Below, piece by piece: positions 43,653 to 57,400 of a stretch of DNA of 64,000 nucleotides. The notes beneath the pieces were generated by a model that worked only from the letters and a program-made list of their open reading frames with translations, was not told the DNA's origin and ran no database searches. The stretch covers positions 1,504,001 to 1,568,000 of the forward strand of contig CBDCCK010000002.1 of the NCBI GenBank assembly GCA_965214835.1, given 5' to 3'. Each line of letters starts with the position of its first letter. The stretch's first letter is position 1. Source of the DNA: Nitrosopumilaceae archaeon (GTDB lineage Archaea; Thermoproteota; Nitrososphaeria; Nitrososphaerales; Nitrosopumilaceae). The position numbers and the translations under genes were made by a program.

Positions 43653-43781
43653 GATGAAGGTCGGACATTTATCTATACGAGGATCTCCCTCAGCACCATT
43701 CTTCATCCATTTATTAGAACTGTTCTGCAGTTACTAAACGAGGATCTCCCTCAACTAGGATAACGCAGATTAAAGTTCTAA
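43653..43781 (-). ncRNA. Predicted bridge/seek RNA of IS110 element A (right-end encoded)
   Basis: Two copies of ACGAGGATCTCCCTCA (43677-92, 43738-53) inside stems GATGAAG/CTTCATC and TTAGAACT/AGTTCTAA; loop strands match donor and target. Confidence 0.75.
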
Positions 43782-43876
43782 CCGTAATGATGACGACACT
43801 CATTTCACATATCCCAATGCATGGCGGATCGCCGGGAGGGCGGCAGGGCAGGAGGTGAGACAACAGCACGTCTCCT

Positions 43877-44980
43877 TTACGCACCCCCTATGCACTGATT
43901 GAAGGTCATCTGCTTCTTTAGCATCCAGTATGATATGCGCAGCAGCTTGGATGCGGCAGCCACCGTAGCCTTGGACCTTCCTCTCCTCTTTGCAAGCCTC
44001 TTGTAAAAGACAGATACCGGCGAGCCTGGCGGCGCGTATCTTACGTGGCTGTGCACCGACTCCACCAGGAACCATCTCATCATGGGGCTGCCCCTCTTTG
44101 TTATCCTGCCATAGTGGACGGTGTCTGCAGAGTTTCTCACCGATGACACCAGTCCTGCATACGCGCACAGCTTGTGCGAGTCGGCAAACCTGTCAACGCC
44201 GTCTATCTCCGATGCAACAGTCAGCGCGGTGTACCTGCCAAATCCCGGAGTCGACGACAGCAAGACGGCATCCGGGCTGTCGGCTATTGCGTCCTTGATG
44301 CGCAGATCAGCGCGTGCCATCCTGTCGTTTATAGAGTCAATTATGCCCAGCCTGTCATCTATCCTAAAATTGCCCAGCCTTCTCACCCTTGAGATCCACG
44401 GTGCCGAGAACGGGTCTCCTCTTATCTGTATCCTGTTTTGCAGCAGTATTGCGTGTATCTGGTTCTTTAGTATGGTTCTTGACTGCACCATCTTTGCGCG
44501 GTGCCTAGTCAGCTGCCTGTTCTGTACCGTCTTGCTAGATGGAGCATAGCACGCAGATATGTATCCTCCCCTGAGAAGATCTGCCAGGATCTGCGCGTCT
44601 ACCTTGTCGGTCTTTTTCTTTGACGTTGCAATGACCTTGGTCTCAAACGGGTTTGAGAGGATCACGTCTTGCTTGAGATCGTCTGCAATGAACCTGAACA
44701 GCCCGTACCACACGGAGGACGACTCCATGACGCACTTGGCGTTCTCCGGGATCCTTGCAAACGCCTTCCTTATCTCGCTGTCCCTGTTGCGGATTCTTGT
44801 GTTGCTCAGCACCTTGCCGTCCTTGTCCATCACTGCAATCTGGATGGACTCCTTGTGCACGTCCAGGCCGACATACTGCTGTTGCACCGCCTTTTTCATA
44901 CGTATCCTTTTTTTTGAGGCAATCTGTTTGTTTGCATTGCCTTTTATTCTGGCACCATCTGAATTTCGTTTTTGAGGCAC
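43877..44980 (-). CDS. IS110-family DEDD recombinase
   Basis: VGLDVHK, VMESS, KTDKVDA, YAGL..SVRNSA, GRITKRG. Confidence 0.95.
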   Translation of the reverse strand: MPQKRNSDGARIKGNANKQIASKKRIRMKKAVQQQYVGLDVHKESIQIAVMDKDGKVLSNTRIRNRDSEIRKAFARIPENAKCVMESSSVWYGLFRFIADDLKQDVILSNPFETKVIATSKKKTDKVDAQILADLLRGGYISACYAPSSKTVQNRQLTRHRAKMVQSRTILKNQIHAILLQNRIQIRGDPFSAPWISRVRRLGNFRIDDRLGIIDSINDRMARADLRIKDAIADSPDAVLLSSTPGFGRYTALTVASEIDGVDRFADSHKLCAYAGLVSSVRNSADTVHYGRITKRGSPMMRWFLVESVHSHVRYAPPGSPVSVFYKRLAKRRGRSKATVAAASKLLRISYWMLKKQMTFNQCIGGA

Positions 44981-45026
44981 ATATGGTTACGCTATTTTTA
45001 ATAACCGCACCCGACTTGTCACTATA

Positions 45027-45353
45027 ATGAATGTACTATGTGCTGTCATGCGGCAGGCAGTTCCTGTCAAATCCCTCGTGATTGGTGGTGGTGGGGGGGT
45101 GGATCTGGCTGATTTGGCCATGCCTGCCGTGCCTTTTTACTGCCGGGATCCAGGTGACTGCTGGGTGGGGGAAAGGATCGACTCTAGCCCCGCCGTCGGG
45201 GAGGCAGGACGGCCTCGTCTGGTTCCTTACTGTATGGGGGCCGGTACGCAGCTAGACGGCATATGCACGACCCGCCGCAGGTGGCTTGTACAAGACGGTA
45301 AGCCAGGCTGCATGGTGGGGATCACACTCGAATCCGGAGGCGGTCTACCATAG
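45027..45353 (+). CDS. Putative leader ORF upstream of giant protein 2
   Basis: Paralog of 22940-23290. Confidence 0.4.
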   Translation: MNVLCAVMRQAVPVKSLVIGGGGGVDLADLAMPAVPFYCRDPGDCWVGERIDSSPAVGEAGRPRLVPYCMGAGTQLDGICTTRRRWLVQDGKPGCMVGITLESGGGLP

Positions 45354-45412
45354 CTGTCGCACGGCAGCACCAGTCCTGCCGGTTCCAGGCATGGACTGTC
45401 ACCCTGTACCTA

Positions 45413-48400
45413 GTGCTCATTGCGGTTGCCGTCTCGGGCCTGATATCCGCGGACGGTCTGCAGGAGGCACACGCGCAAAGCCAGCCCGTCAATGTGACCG
45501 CTACCGGTAGTCTGGGAGATAACAACGCCCTGCTGCTTGGCGGCGCCAACGGCGTGGATGTCTTTACAATGGGTGGCAAGACCTACGCGGCAATAGTCTC
45601 CAGAGTCGATGACGGTCTCCAGATAGTAGACGTGTCAAACCCCGCATCGCCTGGTGCCGTCGGACAGCTAAGCGACACCGACTCCCTGCTGCTTGACGGC
45701 GCCCGTGCCGTGGACGTCTTCAAGATAGGCGCCAATACCTACGCCGCAGTAGCCTCCTCTGATGATGACGGTCTCCAGATTGTAGACGTGTCAGACCCCG
45801 CATCGCCTGATGCCGTCGGACAGCTAAACGACACCGACTCCCTGCTGGACGGCGCACACGACGTGGACGTCTTCACGATAGGTGCCAATACCTATGCTGC
45901 AGTCGCTTCTAATGAAGACGACGCCCTTCAGCTTGTAGATGTCACCGATCCTGCCAGTCCGGCCGCCGCCGGGAATCTGAACGATACGGGCTCCAGAGAG
46001 CTTGGTGGCGCCTTCGGCGTGGCCGTCTTCAAGATAGGCGACAACACCTACGCCGCAGTGTCCTCCTATAACGATGACGGCCTCCAGATTGTAGACGTCA
46101 CCAACCCTGCCAGTCCGGTAGCGGTCGGGCGACTGGCAGATGGAGCACTGCTTTTTGGCGCCCGCTATGTGGACACCTTTACAATAACCGACGGCAGTGG
46201 AATCAACACCTACGCCGTGGTGACCATCGAGCACAGCGACGGCGAAGGCGGCCTTCAGCTGGTCGACATCACCGATCCGACCATGCCTACGGCCGCTGGT
46301 CGACTGCTAACCGACGGCTCCAGTCTGTTTAACCTCCCAGAAGGCGTGACAGTCTTTAAAATTGGACAGAGCACCTACGCAGCGGTGGCTTCTGATGACA
46401 GCGACGGCATCCAGATTGTAGATGTCTCCGATCCTGCCGCTCCGGCAGTGGCAGGCCATCTGAGGGATGGCGGTGATCTGAAGCTTGCCGGTTCTTGGGA
46501 CGTGGATGTCTTTACCATAAACGGCCGCACCTACGCCGCAGTCGCTTCTAATCGCGACGGCCTCCAGCTAATGAGGCTGGAAGACAGCACGCCGCCGGCA
46601 TTCGAGTCCGCCACACTGGACAGGTACGCGGGGACCATGACTGTAACCTTCAGCGAGGCCATAGACGTCTCTGAGACCGATCTGTCCATGCTGTATGTCA
46701 GCGACGATGGCCAGACAAACGCCGTCTCGCTGGCAGGTGCCGACTTTGACGACACGGCAGCCGACTCGGAGACGATATGGCTGATACTCACACCTGCACA
46801 GCTGGCAGCGATCGTTCCGATGGATACCCCGCAGCTTGACATCGCAGCAGGCGCCGCATCTGACCTATCCGAGAATCTGATAGATGCTGCAGCCGACAAC
46901 CCGATCACGACGGCCAGCCCGGACAGCCCGATCCCCTCCGGAAGGCTGGCCCACGACAGCACCTTGCTGCTAGACTTCCCCCGCGGTATGGATACCTTTA
47001 GGATAGGAGAGGACATCTACGCGGCAGTAACCTACAACGGCGGGACCAACTCCGGCCTGCAGACAATCAACGTCACCGATCCTGCCAGTCCGACTGCCGT
47101 CGGGAAGATCAAGTCCAGAACTGCTTTCTTTGGAGATACTCCCATATTTCTGAGCACTGCCCAAGAAGTGGACATCTTTACAATCGGTAACAACACCTAC
47201 GCGGCGGTGGTCGCCTTCCGTTCTGAAGCCCTGCAGATAATCAACGTCACCGATCCCTCAAGTCTGGTCGAGGCCGGGCATTTGTCAAACTCTGGTTCAG
47301 ACGTGCGGTTAAGCGGTGCCACAGACGTGGGCATTTTTACAATCGGCAGCAGCACCTACGCCGCAGTCGCCTCCTTTTCTGACAACACCCTACAGATTGT
47401 AAATGTTACAGATCCCGACAATCCGGCAGCGGCCGGGCAGCTGACAGACACCGACGATCTGTTGCTCAATCAGGCCTCTGACGTAGCCATCTTCACGATA
47501 GGCAGCAGCACCTACGCCGCAGTCACTTCATCCTTCGACGACGGACTCCAGATTGTAAATGTTACAGATCCCGACGACCCTGTTGCGGCCGGGAATCTGG
47601 CAGACACCACCTCTCTGCAGCTTCGCGATGCCACGGCCGTGGACGTCTTCACGATAGACGACTCCACCTACGCCGCAGTGACCACATTTGGCAACGAGGG
47701 CCTACAGATTGTAAATGTTACAGATCCCGACAATCCGGCAGCGGCCGGGAATCTGGCAGACACCGACGACCTGCTGCTTGACGGCCCCAGAGACGTGACC
47801 GTCCTTACCATAGGCAGCTCCACCTACGCCGTAGCTCCCTCCGCCAATGACGGCGGACTCCAGATTGTAAATGTTACAGATCCCGACAATCCGGCAGCGG
47901 CCGGGAATCTGCCAGACACCGACGACCTGCTGCTTGACAGCACCCGTGGCGTGGCCGTGTTCATGATTGGTGGGAGTCCGTACGCCGCAGTGTCTGCCGA
48001 CACGGAAGGCATCCAGATAGTAAAGCTTGGCGAGGTTATAGACATGACTTCCAACAGTCTGCCGGTGGCACCGGCCGAGATGGCAATCACTCTAGAGGAC
48101 ACACCCATTACCATAACGCCGAATATATCGGATCCCGATACATCGGATACCCCGGCAATATCGACAGTATCTGATCCGCCAAACGGGACTGCAACACATG
48201 ATGATACTACCATAATTTACACCCCGGACCAGGACTATGATGGTACGGACACCTTCAGTTATACCGTAACTGACGGCACCGACACGACACAGGGCACCGT
48301 AACTGTAACTGTCGTGCGCGGCAACAACGACCCCGTCCTGGGAACGATAGGCGACCGGGCCGCTACGGTGGGAGTCCAGCTGACCATAACGCCTACCGTA

Positions 48401-51400
48401 ACTGACGCCGACACGACTGACACGCACACGTATTCCATCACGCGCGGCACGCTGCCGGCGGCTGCCGTGTTTTCCACATCTGACGGCAGCATCACCTGGA
48501 CGCCGGTTCAGGCAGACGCCGGGCAGACCCACGAGGTTACAATAACGGTAAACGACGGCCGCGGAGGCACCGACTCTGAGACCTTTGACATAGTGGCGGC
48601 CGAAGTGGATACCACCCCCCTGATCTCGGCTACCCCTGCCGGGCAGCTGCGTGATGGCGGGCCCAGACTGCTCACTACCGCCACAAGCCTGGACGTCTTC
48701 ACGATAGGCGATAAAACGTACGCGGCAGTCGCCTCGTATGGTGACGACGCCCTCCAGATAATCAACGTCACTGATCCAGACAGCCCATCCGCCGCCGGGC
48801 ATCTGGCGGACACGAACTCATTGCGGCTTGATGGTGCATACGGTGTGGATGTATTCACGATAGACGATAAAACGTACGCCGCAGTTGCCTCACATGGTGA
48901 CGACGCACTCCAGATTGTAAATGTTACAGATTCCGACAACCCGGAAGCTTCCGGGAGTGTGGAAGACACCGAGCCTGCAGGCGGGATCGACGATGAGCTG
49001 CTGCTTGAGAAATCCCGCGGCGTGGCCGTCTTTGTAATAGGTGACAAAACATATGCGGCCGTTACATCCTCCCGCGACAGAGGCCTCCAGATAATCAACG
49101 TTACCGATCCCGACAACCCGGCGCCCGCCGGGCAGCTGAAGGATACCGCGGGCGCCGGCGGGCTTTTGCTTGCCGGCCCTTGGGGCGTAGACGTCTTCAC
49201 AGTAGGAGGTTCCACTTATGCCGCAGTAGCATCATTTGCCGACAACGGCCTCCAGATTGTAGATGTTACCGATCCCGACAACCCGGCGCCCGCCGGGCAG
49301 CTGAAGGATACCGCGGGCGCCGGCGGGCTTTTGCTTGCCGGTTCCGTAGGAGTGGACACCTTTACGACCGCACACGGCACGTACGTGGCGGTGGCCTCGG
49401 AGAAAGACAACGGCCTCCAGATTGTAAACGTCACGGATCCGCGTAACCCGGCACCCGCCGGACATCTAGCAGATACAGAACCTGCAAGCGATGGTGACGA
49501 TGAGCTGCTACTTGAGAAATCCCGCGGCGTGGCCGTCTTTGTAATGGGCGATAACACGTACGCCACAGTCACTTCCTTTGCCGACAACGGCCTCCAGATT
49601 GTAGATGTCACCGATCCCGACAACCCGGCGCCCGCCGGGCAGCTGAAGGACACCGCGGGTGGCGGCGAGCTGCTGCTTGACCGTGCCTTCGGCGTGGACA
49701 TCTTTGCAGTAGGCGGTAACACCTACGCCGCGGTAGCCTCTCGGGCCGACAACGGCATCCAGATAGCGAGACTGAGCGACATCACGCCACCGGCATTCGC
49801 ATCCGCGGCACTCGACGAGGGCACGGGCACCATGACGATCACCTTCAGCGAGACCATAGACGTCTCCGAGACGGATCTGTCGATGCTGTACGTCAGCGAC
49901 ACGGGCGGGATCGACGAGGTAGCCCTGACGGGGGCGGCCTTTGACAGCAACGCCGCCGACTCTGCCACCATATCGCTTACGCTTACCCAGGCCCATCTGA
50001 ACCGGATCATCCAGATGGGAACCCCGCAGCTTGACATAGGAGCCGCCGCGGTATATGATCTCTTCGTAAACCACATAGGCGCAGTGCCTGACAACCCGAT
50101 CACGGTCACCGCCGATACCGTAAGGCCCACATTCGCATCCGCGGCACTCGGCGAGAGTACGGGCACCATGACGATCACCTTCAGTAAAACCATAGACGTC
50201 TCCGAGACGGATCTGTCGATGCTGTACGTCAGCGACACGGGCGGGATCGACGAGGTAGCCCTGACGGGGGCGGCCTTTGACAGCAACGCCGCCGACTCTG
50301 CCACCATATCGCTTACGCTTACCCAGTCCCATCTGAACCAGATTGCCCCTATGGTGACGCCACAGCTTGACATTAAAACAGGTGCCGTATTGGACCTGGC
50401 AGGAAACGACATAGACACGGCATCGGACAACCCGATCGACATCACAAAGCCCGAGTTCATATCTGCACGCCTCGGGAGTCTGGAAGACACGTCGTCCACG
50501 GAGCTTGAAGGCGCCAGCGGCGTGGCAGTCTTTACGGTAGACACCAACACCTACGCCGCAGTGGCCTCCTATGACGACGACGGCCTCCAGATTGTAGATG
50601 TATCGGATCCTGACAATCCGGCCGCCGCCGGCAGCCTGGGAGATGACACCACCAGGCTGCTTGAAGGCGCCAGCGGCGTGGCAGTATTTACGATAGGCAC
50701 CAACACCTACGCCGCAGTGGTCTCCGAAATCGACGACGGCCTCCAGATTGTAGATGTATCGGATCCTGACAATCCGGCCGCCGCCGGCAGCCTGGGAGAT
50801 GACACCACCAGGCTGCTTGAAGGCGCCAGCGGCGTGGCAGTCTTTACGGTAGACACCAACACCTACGCCGCAGTGGCCTCCTTTACAGACAACGGCCTCC
50901 AGATTGTAGATGTATCGGATCCTGACAATCCGGCCGCCGCCGGCAGCCTGGGAGATGACACCACCAGGCTGCTTGAAGGCGCCTATACCGCGGACGTCTT
51001 TACGATAGGCACCAGCACCTACATTGCAGTGGTCTCCGAAATCGACGACGGCCTCCAGATTGTAGATGTATCGGATCCTGACAATCCGGCCGCCGCCGGC
51101 AGCCTGGGAGATGACACCACCAGGCTGCTTGAAGGCGCCAGCGGCGTGGCAGTCTTTACGGTAGACACCAACACCTACGCCGCAGTGGCCTCCTTTACAG
51201 ACAACGGCCTCCAGATTGTAGATGTATCGGATCCTGACAATCCGGCCGCCGCCGGCAGCCTGGGAGATGACACCACCAGGCTGCTTGAAGGCGCCAGCGG
51301 CGTGGCAGTCTTTACGGTAGACACCAACACCTACGTTGCAGTGGCCTCCGAAACAGACAACGGCCTCCAGATTGTAGATGTATCGGATCCTGCCAATCCG

Positions 51401-54400
51401 ACCGATGCCGGCAGTCTGGGTGACACAAGTGATCTGCTGCTTGATGGCGCCTACGCCGCGGACGTCTTTACAATAGACAGCAACACCTACGCCGTAGTGG
51501 CCTCCTATGACGACCACGGCATCCAGCTAGTGAGGCTGGGCGCGGAGGCAGAGACGCCCAACAATCCGCCGGTAGCTCCTGATGATGCGGCAACCACACC
51601 AGAGGACACGGCTGTTATAATAACACCTGCCATATCGGATCCGGACGTGGCCGACACCCCGAGAATATCGGCAGTCGATGATCCGCCAAACGGGGCCGCC
51701 ACGCATGATGATACCACGATAACCTACACCCCTGATACTGACTATGAAGGCACCGACACCTTCGGATATACGATATCTGATGGAACAGACACGGCGCAGG
51801 GCACGATAACTGTAACCGTAACGCGCGACAACAACGATCCAGTCCTGGGTACCATAGGCAACCAGGCCGCGACGGTAGGCGTGCAGCTGACCATAACGCC
51901 TACCATAACTGATGACGACACGACCGACACGCACACGTACTCGATATCGCGCGGCACGCTGCCGGCAGCCGCCGTATTTTCCACATCTGACGGCACCCTC
52001 GTCTGGACGCCTGTACCGGCCGATGCCGGGCAGACCCATACGGTCACTATAACGGTAAATGACGGCCGCGGCGGCACCGATTCTGAGACATTTGACATAG
52101 CCGTGGGTGATGCTCCGCCCACACTCACGCTGACCCCGGTCGGGAATATAGGAGACAACCCGCAACTGCTACTTGACGGCGCCCACGACGTGGACACGTT
52201 CCAGATAGGCACCAACACATACGCCGCAGTGGTCTCCGAATCTGACAACGGCCTCCAGATTATAGACGTCACCGATCCCGACAATCCTACAGCCGCCGGG
52301 AGTCTGGGAGACACCTCGGACGAGCTGCTACTTGTCGGCGCCCGCGGCGTGGACATCTTCAAGATAGGCACCAACACATACGCCGCAGTGGCCTCCAATC
52401 ATGATGACGGCATCCAGATTGTAAACGTCACCGATCCCGACAACCTAACCGCCGCCGGCAGTCTGAAAGATGATGGCTCTAGGTTGCTTGACGGTGCCGT
52501 CAGCGTATCCGTCTTCAAGATAGGCGGCTCCACCTACGCCGCAGTGGCCTCCCACAATGAACACGGCATCCAGATTGTAAACGTCACCGATCCCGACAAT
52601 CCTGCCGCCGCCGGGAGTCTGGGAGATGGTGCACAAACGATTCTTAATGGCCCCCGCAGTGTAGATGTCTTCATGATAGGCGGCAGCACCTACGCCGCAG
52701 TAGCAGCCGAATCTAATAGTAACAACGGCCTCCAGATTGTAAACGTCACCGATCCCGACAATCCTGCCGCCGCCGGGAATCTAGGTGATGATACATCTAC
52801 GCTACTTCTCGGCGCCCGCGGAGTGGACACGTTCCAGATAGGCGCCAACACCTACGCCGCAGTGGCCTCCAACAGAGAGCACGGCCTCCAGATTGTAGAT
52901 GTCACCGATCCCGACAATCCTGCCGCCGCCGGGAATCTAGGTGATAATCCATCTACGCTACTTCGCAACGCCCGCGGAGTGGACACGTTCCAGATAGGCG
53001 CCAACACCTACGCCGCAGTAACCTCCAACAACGAAGACGGCCTCCAGATTGTAGACGTCACCGATCCCGACAGCCCCACCGCCGCCGGGAGTCTGGGAGA
53101 TGATGGTACTGGCGGTACCCTGCTGCTTGACGGCGCCGGCAGCGTGGCCGTCTTCAAGATAGGCGCCAACACCTACGCCGCAGTAACCTCCAACAGCGAT
53201 GACGGCCTCCAACTGGTGAGGCTGGACGAGGCAGCAGAGACTCCCAATGCCCCGCCTGTTGCGCCTGCTGCGACGGCGACCACTGCAGAGGACACGCCTG
53301 TAACCATAACGCCTGCAATATCGGATCCGGACACATCGGACACTCCTACAATATCGGCAGTAGAGAACCCGCCAAACGGGACTACCATTCATGATGGTAC
53401 CACCATAACTTACACGCCTGATGCTGATTATGAGGGCACGGACACCTTCGGATATACCGTATCTGACGGCACCGACACCGCACAGGGCACGATAACTGTA
53501 ACCATAACGCGCGACAACAACGACCCCGTCCTGGGTACCATAGGCGACCGGGCCGCGACGGTAGGCGTGCAGCTAACCATAACGCCTGCCGTAACCGACA
53601 CCGACACGACCGACACGCACACTTATTCCATAGCGCGCGGCACGCTGCCGGCAGCCGCCGTATTTTCCACATCTGATGGTACCCTCGTCTGGACGCCGGT
53701 TCAGGCAGACGCAGGGCAGACCCACACGGTTACAATAACGGTAAACGACGGCCGCGGAGGCACCGACTCGGAGACCTTTGATATAGTCGTGTCCGGCACG
53801 GACACCGCCCCACCCGCCTTTGAGTCTGCAACCCTCGACGAGGGCACGGGCGCCATGACCATAACCTTTGATGAGACAATAGACATATCGGCTACAAACC
53901 TCTCGCTGCTGTACGTCAGTGATGTAAACCAGGCAGATACGGTACCGTTGATAGGCGCCGCATTTGACTTTGGTTCTGCTGACGTCGAGACGCTTTCACT
54001 CACGCTCGTCCAGGCCCAGCTGGACGAGATAGCCCCGATGGGCACCCCGCAGCTCGATATTACGGCAGGCGCCGTCTCAGATATGGCGGGCAACCAGATA
54101 GCAGACTCGCCGGACAACCCGATCACGGTCACAGACACGACATCCAACAGCCCGCCGCTGGCACCCGCCGAGTCGGTGACCACCCCGGAGGATGTGCCTA
54201 TAACCATAACGCCTGCCATATCAGATCCCGACACATCGGACACCCCTATAATATCTGCAGTCGGGAATCCGCCAAACGGGGCCGTCACACATGACGATAC
54301 TACCATAACCTACACACCGGACCAGGACTTTGATGGTACGGACACCTTCGGATATACCGTATCTGACGGCACCGACACGGCACAGGGCACGATAACTGTG

Positions 54401-57400
54401 ACCGTCACGCGCGACAACAACAATCCCGTTCTGGGTACCATAGGCGACCAGGCCGCGACGGTAGGGGTGCAACTAACCATAACGCCTGCCGTAACTGATG
54501 CTGACACGACCGACACGCACACGTATTCCATAACGCGCGGTACGCTGCCAGCAGCTGCCGTATTTTCCACGTCTGATGGTACCCTCGTCTGGACGCCGGT
54601 TCAGGCAGACGCAGGGCAGACCCACACGGTCACCATAACGGTAAGTGATGGCCGGGGCGGCACCGACTCGGAGACCTTTGATATAGTCGTGGCCGGCAGG
54701 GACATCACCTCGCCCGCCTTTGAGTCTGCAACCCTCGACGAGGACACGGGCGCCATGACCATAACCTTTGATGAGACAATAGACATATCGGCTACAAATC
54801 TCTCACTGCTGTACGTCAGTGATGTAAACCAGGCAGATACGGTCTCGCTGACAGGCGCCGCATTTGACCTTGGTTCTGCTGACGTCGAGACCCTCTCACT
54901 TACGCTCGTCCAGGCCCAGCTGGACGAGATAGTCCCGATGGGAACCCCGCAGCTCGATATTACAGCAGGCGCCGTCTCAGACATACTGGGCAACCAGATA
55001 GCAGACTCGCCGGACAACCCGATCACGGTCACAGACACGACATCCAACAGCCCGCCGCTGGCACCCGCCGAGTCGGTGACCACCCCGGAGGATGTACCTA
55101 TAACCATAACGCCTGCCATATCAGATCCCGACACATCGGACACCCCTATAATATCTGCAGTCGATAACCCGCCAAACGGGACTGCCACACATGACGATAC
55201 CACCATAACCTATACGCCCGACTCTGACTTTGATGGTACGGACACGTTCGAATATACCGTATCTGACGGCACCGACTCTGTACAGGGCACGATAACTGTG
55301 ACCGTCACGCGCGACAACAACAATCCCGTCCTAGGTACGATAGGCGATCGGGCCGCAACACCGGACACACAGCTGGTCATAACGCCTGCTGTAACCGACG
55401 CCGATCCGACCGACACGCACACGTACTCGATATCGCGCGGCACGCTGCCGGCAGCTGCCACATTCAATACAACCGACGGCACCCTTGTCTGGACGCCCGT
55501 GCAGGCCGATGCCGGGCAGACCCACACGGTCACCATAACGGTAAGTGACGGCCGCGGAGGCACCGACTCGCAAACCTTCGATATAGTCGTGGCCGATACC
55601 GACCCTCCCGCGATCGAGATAACTCCAACCGGGAATCTGGGAGATAACAGTACCTTACTGCTTGGAGGCCCCTACGATGTAGCCGTCTTCATGGTAGGCG
55701 CCAACACCTACGCCGCAGTGGCCTCCGATGATGACAACGCCCTCCAGATTGTAGACGTCACCGATCCTTCCAGACCCACCGCCGCAGGAAGCCTGGGAGA
55801 TAACAGCACCTTGAAGCTTAACAGCGCCCGTAATGTGGACATCTTCACTAAAGACGGCAGCACCTACGCCGCAATCACTTCGTTCACTGACAACGCCCTC
55901 CAGATTGTAGACGTCACCGATCCTGCCAGTCCCGCCGCCGCAGGAAGCCTGGGAGATAACAGCACCTTGCATCTTGAAGGCGCCTTAGGCGTGGACGTCT
56001 TCACGATAGGCGCCAACACCTACGCCGCAGTGGCCTCACACTACGAGTACGCCCTCCAGATTGTAGACATCACCAATCCTGACAGTCTTACCGCCGCCGG
56101 CAATCTGCAGGATTTGGTGAGTGGCGACACCTTGCATCTTGAAGGCGCCTTCGGTGTGGACGTCTTCATGATAGGCGCCAGCACCTACGCCGCAGTGGCC
56201 TCCTTTGATGCCTCCGCCCTCCAGATTGTAGACATCACCAATCCTGCCAGTCCAACCGCCGCAGGAAGTCTGAGAGATAACAACACCTTGGAGCTTGGCG
56301 GCGCCTACGATGTAGCCGTCTTCACGATAGGCGCCAACACCTACGCCGCAGTGACCGCCTTAAATGACGACGGCCTCCAGATTGTAGACATCACCAATCC
56401 TGCCAGACCTGTTGCCGCCGGGAATCTGGGAGATAACAACACCCTGCTGCTTGACGGCGCCTTCGGTGTGGACGCCTTCACGATAGGCGCCAACACCTAC
56501 GCCGCAGTGGCCGCCTTAAATGACAACGGCCTCCAGATTGTAGACGTCACCGATCCTGCCAGTCCCGCCGCCGCAGGAAGCCTGGGCGATAACAACACCC
56601 TACTGCTTGACGGTGCCCGCGGCGTGGATACATTCACGATAGGCACCAACACCTACGCCGCAGTAGCCTCCGATGATGACAACGGCCTCCAGCTAGTGAG
56701 GCTGGGAGCGGATGCAGAGGCTCCCAACAGCCCACCTGTTGCGCCTGACGAGACGGCAACCACTGCAGAGGATACGCCTGTAACCATAACGCCTGCCATA
56801 TCGGATCCCGACGCATCTGACACCCCGGTAATATCGGCAGTCGAGAACCCGTCAAACGGGGCCGCCACACATGATGGTACCGCCATAACCTACACCCCGG
56901 ATACTGACTATGATGGTACGGACACCTTCGGATATACCGTATCTGACGGCACCGACACGACACGGGGCACCATAACGATAACCGTAACGCGCGACAACAA
57001 CGCCCCGGTTCTGGGAACAATAGGAGACCAGGCCGCCGAGCCGGACGTCCAACTGACCATAACGCCCACGGTAACCGATGCCGACACGACTGATACTCAC
57101 ACGTATTCCATCACGCGCGGCACGCTGCCGGCAGCTGCCGCATTCAATACAACCGACGGCACCCTCGTCTGGACGCCCGTGCAGGCCGATGCCGGGCAGA
57201 CCCACACGGTTACAATAATGGTTGATGACGGCCGCGGCGGCACCGACTCGCAAACCTTTGATATAGTAGTGGCCGACGGGGACGCCGTCACACTGACTCC
57301 GGTCGGGAGCATAGGCAACGGCCCGCAGCTGCTGCTTGATCTCCCGCGCGGCGTGGACGTCTTTACGATAGGCGGCAACACCTACGCCGCAGTGGCCTCC

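Larger units (their letters stand above)
43568..44986 (-). mobile_element. IS110-family element A (IS1111-like layout), apparently intact
   Basis: Ends are defined by the empty allele at 22891-22910; TTA shared at both junctions (43565-67, 44987-89); subterminal IR CACATA/TATGTG; about 310 bp non-coding right end. Confidence 0.92.

Noticed and set aside
50500-51410. CRISPR-like or DGR-like periodic repeats
   Set aside because: Periods are multiples of 3 within an ORF, there are no unique spacers, no adenine-specific variation was apparent, and no cas or reverse transcriptase gene is present.
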